Assembly: GCA_041489255.1 (NCBI GenBank)
Contig: JBGPQV010000005.1
Coordinates: 32,001 to 96,000, forward strand
Source of the DNA: Thermoplasmata archaeon
Lineage (GTDB): Archaea; Thermoplasmatota; Thermoplasmata; RBG-16-68-12; JAFNFQ01
Length of the DNA: 64,000 nucleotides
Direction: 5' to 3'
In this document: positions 57,837-64,000 of the stretch, piece by piece
Position numbering within the stretch: position 1 is the stretch's first letter
How the letters are laid out: every line of letters starts with the position of its first letter
Notes under the pieces: model-generated
The model's input: only the letters and a program-made list of their open reading frames with translations
What the model was told of the DNA's origin: nothing
Database searches by the model: none
Program-made: the position numbers and the translations under genes

Positions 57837-58228
57837 CGAGGCCAGGCGCGGCGTTCTCCGAGCTTCTAAGATCCCTGACGAAGAGGAGAGCGACGGTTCT
57901 CTACCCCTACGAGAAGGTCGACGTTCCGAGCGATTTCAGGGGAAGGATCGAGGTCAGGGACGACCTGTGCATCGGATGCTCGAAATGCGCAATCGCGTGC
58001 CCCGCCGACGCGATAGAGATGGCGGCCGAGAAGGGCGAGAAGAAGATCAAATACGGCGGCAAGGAGATTCCGAGGAAGAAGCACCCCGAGGTCAACCTCC
58101 TGAGCTGCATCAGGTGTGATGTGTGCGAGGAGGTCTGCCCGACCGCACCGAAGGCGATCTACATCACGGCCAAGTTCAGCGGCGCCTCGGACAAGAACGT
58201 CATACTGGTCGTCCCGACGGTGCCTTGA
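57833..58228 (+). CDS. NuoI/MbhN-like 2x[4Fe-4S] subunit
   Basis: TVLYPYEK..FRG; CIGCSKCAIACP; CIRCDVCEEVCP; GTG at 57833. Confidence 0.92.
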   Translation: MTRPGAAFSELLRSLTKRRATVLYPYEKVDVPSDFRGRIEVRDDLCIGCSKCAIACPADAIEMAAEKGEKKIKYGGKEIPRKKHPEVNLLSCIRCDVCEEVCPTAPKAIYITAKFSGASDKNVILVVPTVP

Positions 58229-58732
58229 ATGGCGGCCGAGAGCTTCGAAGAGGAGCTCAAGGCTCTCCTGAAGGGCGCGAAGAAGACCGTTGTCATGGCG
58301 GTGGGAGACGAGCTGGATCCTCGAGACTGCCTAGGGCACTTGGCAGGACGCAGGGTTTCCGCCCTGAATCTGAAGGGAGTCGATGTGCTGCTCACCTCTC
58401 AGATGCCGGAGAACTTCACATCAGTCGTCAGGCGGATGAAACCTAGTCATGTCGTCCTCATCGACGCGGCTCAGATGGGCAGGAGTCCTGGTGATGTGGC
58501 CATCATAGACTCAGGGAAGATTTCTGCCACTCGAGTCTCCACGCACGCTTTGCCCCTTTCGGTGCTTATGGACTACCTGAAGAAGGAGCTGAAGGTGAAG
58601 GTCGCTCTCATAGGTATCCAGCCAACATCCTCAGAGGAGTACGGCGAGGCCGAGCAGCCTCCCGCAATCCAGAGAGGCATCGAGAGAATCGCCAGCGGGA
58701 TCAAGGCGGCGATTGGCGGCCGAGTTCGGTGA
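58229..58732 (+). CDS. hycI: HycI-like hydrogenase maturation protease
   Basis: PENF, LIDAA.MG..PG, STHALPLS, IGIQP. Confidence 0.88.
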   Translation: MAAESFEEELKALLKGAKKTVVMAVGDELDPRDCLGHLAGRRVSALNLKGVDVLLTSQMPENFTSVVRRMKPSHVVLIDAAQMGRSPGDVAIIDSGKISATRVSTHALPLSVLMDYLKKELKVKVALIGIQPTSSEEYGEAEQPPAIQRGIERIASGIKAAIGGRVR

Positions 58733-58808
58733 GACGGAAGCCGCTGCGGTCAGGTCCGAGCTCGCGCTCAACTGCAAGGAATTCAAGAAGCAGCGGGCGG
58801 CGGGTCCA

Positions 58809-59081
58809 TTACGCTAAGTGCAGATGTCGCCCCTCGATGTAGGTCGCCATGCGCTCGATCCCGGGCAGCGTCCTGATTTTGTGCATCATTATCTCGGCCA
58901 GATCCTCGGGACCCTTCCCTTTCACTGTCACCAGGTACTCGTACCCGTCGACGATGAAGTAGGTGTCCTTCACCTCCGGTATGTCGTATAGGCCGGAGAA
59001 GAACCTGCGCTCGGCGCCAGGCTCGACCTTGAGCAACGCATAGCCTCGAAGTTCGCCATTCTGCTGGTTCATCATGTCCAA
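58809..59081 (-). CDS. Lrp/AsnC ligand-binding (RAM) domain protein without HTH
   Basis: GYALLKVEPGAE...IRTLPGIERMATYI. Confidence 0.8.
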   Translation of the reverse strand: MDMMNQQNGELRGYALLKVEPGAERRFFSGLYDIPEVKDTYFIVDGYEYLVTVKGKGPEDLAEIMMHKIRTLPGIERMATYIEGRHLHLA

Positions 59082-59388
59082 GACTGCTCCGATTGATTCA
59101 TTGTATGGGCGTGGGAGGGTAACTAATTTGTCAAAATACAGTGGGGTTTGCGGGACACCGGCAAATTACATGGCGTTCATCGCGCGGAAGGCCATTACAT
59201 CCCATCCTATTCCCAGAGTCGAAATTAGTAATATGGATTAGCGTACCGCCGAACGAACTGAATATACTCTGGTCGCCGGGAACATACTTAATTCAATTAA
59301 ATCCCGAAAAATCTCAAACGGGTCGTCCTGGCCTCAAGACCAACTGGATCCGACAGATGATTGCGATTCACCATCGCTACAGAAAACA

Positions 59389-60291
59389 TCAGGCGAGGCG
59401 AGGCGCTCCTTCAGGATCCACATGGATGACGAGGTATCGACACCCGGTCGCCTCCGTCACGCGCTTGTGCACCTCGATGGATATCCGGTCTCCCTCTTCG
59501 ATCGACATTCCCCTCTTGACCTCGATGTGGAACCCCGCGTGGATGGCATCTGGCCCCACATACTCCGCCAGGATCTTGTGGACTCCGATCACGCCTTCGA
59601 CCGAGCGGGCGGCTGTCTCCAGCTTCTTGATGAACTCCGGTCCGGGGGATGTCCCGAGGAGCATGGACATGTTCTCCCTGAACAGCTTGACCGCCGCATA
59701 TGCGATGACCGTCGCGACGATGATCGCCGCAATAGGGTCAGCGAGGGGCTCTCCCCAGATGATGAACAGCGTGCCGGCAAAGGCAGCGACGAGACCGAGC
59801 TCGTCATTGATCAGCTCTCTCATCTGCGCCTTGGCCACGGGTCCACGGTTCTTGATCCGCAGGAAGCTGAGAAAGGGGATCGAGGAGATCACCATGGAGA
59901 CGGCGATCACTCCGAGCGCGAGCGGCAGGTTCTGATACACGGCTGTCTCGTGGCTATACAGTCTCGGGATTGCCTCCTCGTACAGCTTGAAGCTCGTGAA
60001 GGAAATGAAGAGGGTAGCGGCGACGAGGGCGGCCACGCCTTGAGCGCGCCCGTGCCCGAACAGATGTTCCTTGTCAGCGCCCTTGCTCGACCATATCGAG
60101 GCGAAGAGCAGGAAGCCCGAGATGATGATGTCGCTGAGGGTATGGACGGCCTCGGCGAAGAGGACGATGACCCCGGTCACGAGGAAGACGGCTATTTTCA
60201 GCACGAAGACGACGAGGTAGACGGCCACGGCGAGCTTCAGCGCCCCAGTTTCGCCGGATCCCCGAATCGCCGGATTAAATGTCTGATTCAT
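59389..60291 (-). CDS. cation diffusion facilitator (FieF-like)
   Basis: AEAVHTLSD, DKEHLFGHGRAQ, ADPIAA, IHVDP; likely ATG at 60291. Confidence 0.9.
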   Translation of the reverse strand: MNQTFNPAIRGSGETGALKLAVAVYLVVFVLKIAVFLVTGVIVLFAEAVHTLSDIIISGFLLFASIWSSKGADKEHLFGHGRAQGVAALVAATLFISFTSFKLYEEAIPRLYSHETAVYQNLPLALGVIAVSMVISSIPFLSFLRIKNRGPVAKAQMRELINDELGLVAAFAGTLFIIWGEPLADPIAAIIVATVIAYAAVKLFRENMSMLLGTSPGPEFIKKLETAARSVEGVIGVHKILAEYVGPDAIHAGFHIEVKRGMSIEEGDRISIEVHKRVTEATGCRYLVIHVDPEGAPRLA

Positions 60292-60478
60292 TTTGGGTTG
60301 CGGACATGATAGGAAGGAACATGATAAGATTCTTCGGATAGATTTCGGGGGATTCCACCAGCATCGATGAGAACCTATAAATGTCGAGGCAAGATGCCCT
60401 TGAAGAATCCTGTAGAACCCTGACCAGGAGAGTGTTAGCATCAGAAAGAACGCGAAGCTTGGTAGCGTCATCCTAGGA

Positions 60479-61978
60479 ATGCTTGTGCTTGCCTCGATAT
60501 TCGTTGCGGCGATGCCTCGGACTCCGAGCGCGGCGGGAGACTCCGGGACACGTTCAAGGATCGCGACGTTGACATCCGCACTCGTGCCGACAACGCCGGT
60601 TCTGGACGGCCAAGGCACCGACACGGCTTGGAGTCAGGCCAATGAGATTGTGGTAACCGTCAGCGGTGGTGAGAACACCGTCGGGAACGTGGACGTCCAC
60701 CTGAAGTCTGCGTATGTCGGCGGCAGGGTGTATTTCCTGGCGCAATGGGCAGATCCGAATGACAGCAAGGACAGGTTCCCCTGGGAATATGATGTCGCGG
60801 CAGGCGAGTGGGAGCAGAAAGGCGACATCAGCAGCGGTCAGGAGAATACCTATTACGAGGACAAGCTCGCGATGATCTGGGACATCGGGGGGACGGTGTC
60901 CGGCTTCGGCGGCCCCACAGGCACCGGTCCGACGACCACATGCCACAGTGGCTTGCATTACACCAATGGTCCGGCAGAATTGGCGGACATCTGGCACTGG
61001 AAGCGCGTCAGGACCGGACCCGTGAACCAGATGGACGATCAGTACATGAACAGCAGCAACGGGGCCGGATGGCCTGAGGGAGGTCGACACAGCGACCCCA
61101 AGACCAGCGGTGGCTACTCCGACAACAACCAGACGCTGAATTACGAAGACAACCCGGGTGTCCAAGCGTACGTGCCCAAGGCATGGGTTCCGGCGGCATC
61201 GGGTAATGATCTGTACTGGGTCAGGAATTCCGATCTCGGTGTCAGGGCCTACAATATAACGAAGGTCTGGACGAATGGCACGATGCAGGACGAACAGGGC
61301 ACTTATATCCTCAATTCGACGGCCCAGATTCCAGGAATACTCGTCGCTCCATTCGTCGGAGATCGAGGTAACATCACGGCCGGGGCTCTGTGGAGCAGCG
61401 GCTCATGGACTTTGGAGTTCGGCAGAGACTTGGTCACCGGCAGCCAATTTGACGTACAGTTCAGCGACACCAGTCCGGCCGCCACCTACGATTTCGGCCT
61501 TGCCACTTTCAACAACTCGCAGAAGGGACACAACAAGGAGTTCAACGCGGTCTACGGGTTTGTGTTCGGGCAGCCGAACCAGCCGCCGACCACGCCGACG
61601 ATAAGCACCAGTCCCTCGAGCCCTGTTGCGGGCGAGGCGGTCACATTCACCGCCACAGCAACGGATCCGGATACAGGAGATTCGCTCACCTACACCTGGG
61701 AGTTCGGTGACGGGACATCAAGCGTCACGGGCAATCCCGCGACTCACACCTACGACTCAGTCGGCAATTACACGGTGAACGTGACGGTGGACGATGGGCA
61801 CGGGCACACGAGGTCCGCATCACTGATCATCACGGTGGGCGAGAGCACGGGGTTGTCGAACACAGTGGTAATCATCATTGTGGCGGTGATCGTGATACTC
61901 GTCCTTCTGATGGCAGTCGGGCTGAGCAGGCGGAAGAAGCCAGAGCCGCCGGCATCGCCCCCGCCACCATCACAATAA
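60479..61978 (+). CDS. ethylbenzene-dehydrogenase-gamma/DOMON-like heme-binding surface protein with PKD domain and C-terminal TM
   Basis: PVLDG..D.AW, YFLAQWADP, YEDKLAMIW, TCH, DIWHWK, WTLEFGRDL, DVQF; PKD WEFGDG; TM tail. Confidence 0.82.
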   Translation: MLVLASIFVAAMPRTPSAAGDSGTRSRIATLTSALVPTTPVLDGQGTDTAWSQANEIVVTVSGGENTVGNVDVHLKSAYVGGRVYFLAQWADPNDSKDRFPWEYDVAAGEWEQKGDISSGQENTYYEDKLAMIWDIGGTVSGFGGPTGTGPTTTCHSGLHYTNGPAELADIWHWKRVRTGPVNQMDDQYMNSSNGAGWPEGGRHSDPKTSGGYSDNNQTLNYEDNPGVQAYVPKAWVPAASGNDLYWVRNSDLGVRAYNITKVWTNGTMQDEQGTYILNSTAQIPGILVAPFVGDRGNITAGALWSSGSWTLEFGRDLVTGSQFDVQFSDTSPAATYDFGLATFNNSQKGHNKEFNAVYGFVFGQPNQPPTTPTISTSPSSPVAGEAVTFTATATDPDTGDSLTYTWEFGDGTSSVTGNPATHTYDSVGNYTVNVTVDDGHGHTRSASLIITVGESTGLSNTVVIIIVAVIVILVLLMAVGLSRRKKPEPPASPPPPSQ

Positions 61979-62041
61979 GCCAAGACCGCAGGTGGCAGAA
62001 AGGAGAGAGGAACGGTCGAGTCCCTCTCCATCTTCATTTCT

Positions 62042-64000
62042 TCAAGAGGCGATGGTCTTCTTTTTTACCCTCTCTTTGCGATAGAGGGTCGCCTCGGACC
62101 ACATCCTGATGCAGATCCCCGCCGCCATCAGCCAACCGCCACCCCATAGGGACGCCATCATCGGGTTCTCACGGACTCCGAACCACACGCTAGTCAATGC
62201 TGAGTTGTCCGTCCTGTACGGCTCATGCGTGAGCGGGTCGGGCTGATCGTTCACCGTGAAATTCTGATTCCCCGCATTGAAACCTGTGAAGGTGAAGTAG
62301 AGATCTCCGCCGAAGTCCGAGCGGATCAGCGGGTCCGATGCGTAGTGGAAGAAGCCTCCACTACCGCGCTGCCACATCATCTTGAGTGATAGGGTGAAGA
62401 GATGCCCGCCACCGTCCGATACGTCAACGATTGCGGTTATTTCCTCATAAAGAGTATCGCCATTGACGTCGACACCGCTCGAGTCCAGAAGCTGGAACCT
62501 GTAGCCTGACGGGATGTTCGATGCTCGGTCGGTGAACGCCGTGACATCGTGATTCGAGGCGAAGTATGTGCTCGACGCATAGCCGAGGATGAGGAGAGCG
62601 ACTCCAAGATGGACCAGCTGAGGACTCGCGCCACGGAGGACGGAGGTAAATGAGACTCTTCTATGGCTTTTCTTCTGAAGGAACTCGCGACGCGATAGGA
62701 TCACGAGCGCAAGTGCAATCATAGAGAGGGCGAGTCCTATGACGAATCCGATGAGGACGGCTCCTACCAGCGTGGAACATACCCACAGACGAATGTCGTG
62801 CTTGCTCACTGCCAGAGCGAGCAAGAGCAGCCCGACAAGAGAAAGAGCCGCGAGGGTGATGTCGAGGGGGACTGTTGTTTGGAGGTTCGATTGACGCAGA
62901 CCGAGCGAGGTTATCCCAGAACTCCACATCACGAAGGCGAGGAGGAGGGAAATGAGGGTCAGCATCGCCGCAATGCGAAGGTTTCTTGACAGGATGGCGG
63001 GAGCCCAGGATTTGGATATCCTCAGGCTGACCGCGAAGATGATCGCGAGCACCAGAGGGAAATACATGGCTCCGATGTTTGACGCGAAGAGGAAGTAGCT
63101 CGCAAGGATCGCGCTGACAAGAATGACGAGGACGATGGGCAGTCTCCTCTTGGTGAAGAGTCTCCATGTGAGGATAGCGAAAAGCACCGCCCCGACAGGA
63201 ATCAGGAGGAAAGGCAGACGACCTTCGAACTCTCCAGGACTGAGGGCATTCGCCCCCAATATCATCAGGGCGAGGGTCACGAGCGTCCAGAGGATGAACA
63301 GCGCGAGGGCTCCGCTCATTGCGTTATCGTCACTGATCCAACTCATCTTACCTTCCTTAGGAGTCTCATCGGAGGGCGAGGTCGCCAGCATCCAGAGCAG
63401 CGGGACTCCGATGAATACCATGGCCAGCAATGCAAATCCAAGTGCCCCATTGCCGAAGCTGAATGCGCCAGCGACGCTGAGCACGGCGCCGGTGATTCCT
63501 TTGGTATCGAGGATAGACCAGACGATTGCCATCAAGTAGACGGCGAGAAAAGCCCAAGGCACGACCGCCATCGCGCCGGACGTGCGTCCCTCGCGTTTCC
63601 GCATCCTGGCGAAATGGAGCATGAACAGCGCGGCGGTCGCGAGCAAAGACACCGCCATCAGCGTGAAGAAAGGAGGTGCCGCCCCGCCAGAGCCGAGGAT
63701 GTCGAGGAGCCTTGCCCCGAGGTCTTCTTGGACACCGCCAGTGGCGATGAAGCTGTGGACCGAGGCTATGATGCCCGTGCGCGTCTCGAAGGTCGCGAAC
63801 ATCGCCAGGGCGAAGACAATGGATGCCAGAGCGGGGGCAAGATGGGCGAACTGCCCCTTGCGCCTGTTCCAAAGCTGCGCATGGACGAGGGCCGTGAGGG
63901 GCAGCCATATCGTCAGATTGGCTGTCTGAACAGGGTCCCATGCCCAGTATCCGCCCCAGCCCAGCACGGTGTATGACCACAGCGCGCCGATGACAAGCGC
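62042..64000 (-). CDS. ccmF: cytochrome c biogenesis protein CcmF (5' end beyond the window)
   Basis: ALWSYTVLGWGGYWAWDPVQT, LVH, SVHSF, VHLGV; many TMs. Confidence 0.9.
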   Translation of the reverse strand, partial: ALVIGALWSYTVLGWGGYWAWDPVQTANLTIWLPLTALVHAQLWNRRKGQFAHLAPALASIVFALAMFATFETRTGIIASVHSFIATGGVQEDLGARLLDILGSGGAAPPFFTLMAVSLLATAALFMLHFARMRKREGRTSGAMAVVPWAFLAVYLMAIVWSILDTKGITGAVLSVAGAFSFGNGALGFALLAMVFIGVPLLWMLATSPSDETPKEGKMSWISDDNAMSGALALFILWTLVTLALMILGANALSPGEFEGRLPFLLIPVGAVLFAILTWRLFTKRRLPIVLVILVSAILASYFLFASNIGAMYFPLVLAIIFAVSLRISKSWAPAILSRNLRIAAMLTLISLLLAFVMWSSGITSLGLRQSNLQTTVPLDITLAALSLVGLLLLALAVSKHDIRLWVCSTLVGAVLIGFVIGLALSMIALALVILSRREFLQKKSHRRVSFTSVLRGASPQLVHLGVALLILGYASSTYFASNHDVTAFTDRASNIPSGYRFQLLDSSGVDVNGDTLYEEITAIVDVSDGGGHLFTLSLKMMWQRGSGGFFHYASDPLIRSDFGGDLYFTFTGFNAGNQNFTVNDQPDPLTHEPYRTDNSALTSVWFGVRENPMMASLWGGGWLMAAGICIRMWSEATLYRKERVKKKTIAS

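Noticed and set aside
1-64000. Numerous antisense and alternate-frame ORFs in the track
   Set aside because: Expected shadows of high-GC coding sequence, lacking motifs

Overview
GC-rich archaeal chromosomal segment, most consistent with Thermoplasmata (UPF0147, PAC2, leaderless genes behind TATA boxes, PKD-repeat surface proteins). This assignment is an inference from gene families; no database search was run. Layout: (1) 0.9-13.9 kb, a cell-surface protein cluster: an SBBP/PKD protein, a membrane-anchored five-bladed-propeller/winged-helix regulator coupled to a giant triple-propeller surface protein, and low-GC hypotheticals. (2) 14-30 kb, housekeeping and accessory genes: Cys/Met lyase, an ArsR-MacB ABC module, tRNA-Gly(CCC), P-type ATPase, rtcA, PAC2 and OsmC. 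(3) 30-64 kb, an energy island. A leftward operon runs hdrD-like, etfB, etfA, membrane CCG oxidoreductase, hdrA, mvhD, mvhG, mvhA, protease, hypA, followed by ccmABCDE. A divergent rightward operon encodes a complex-I-like group 4 [NiFe] hydrogenase with three antiporter modules, two of them fused. A CDF transporter, a DOMON/EB_dh heme protein and a partial ccmF follow. The divergent junction of the island is present twice as diverged copies with reciprocal decay. Several components are non-canonical: CcmE ends in GHPPP, HypA has no zinc finger, and the putative cytochrome has a single-Cys motif. An ArsR gene appears to carry a promoter/operator motif within its own 3' codons.
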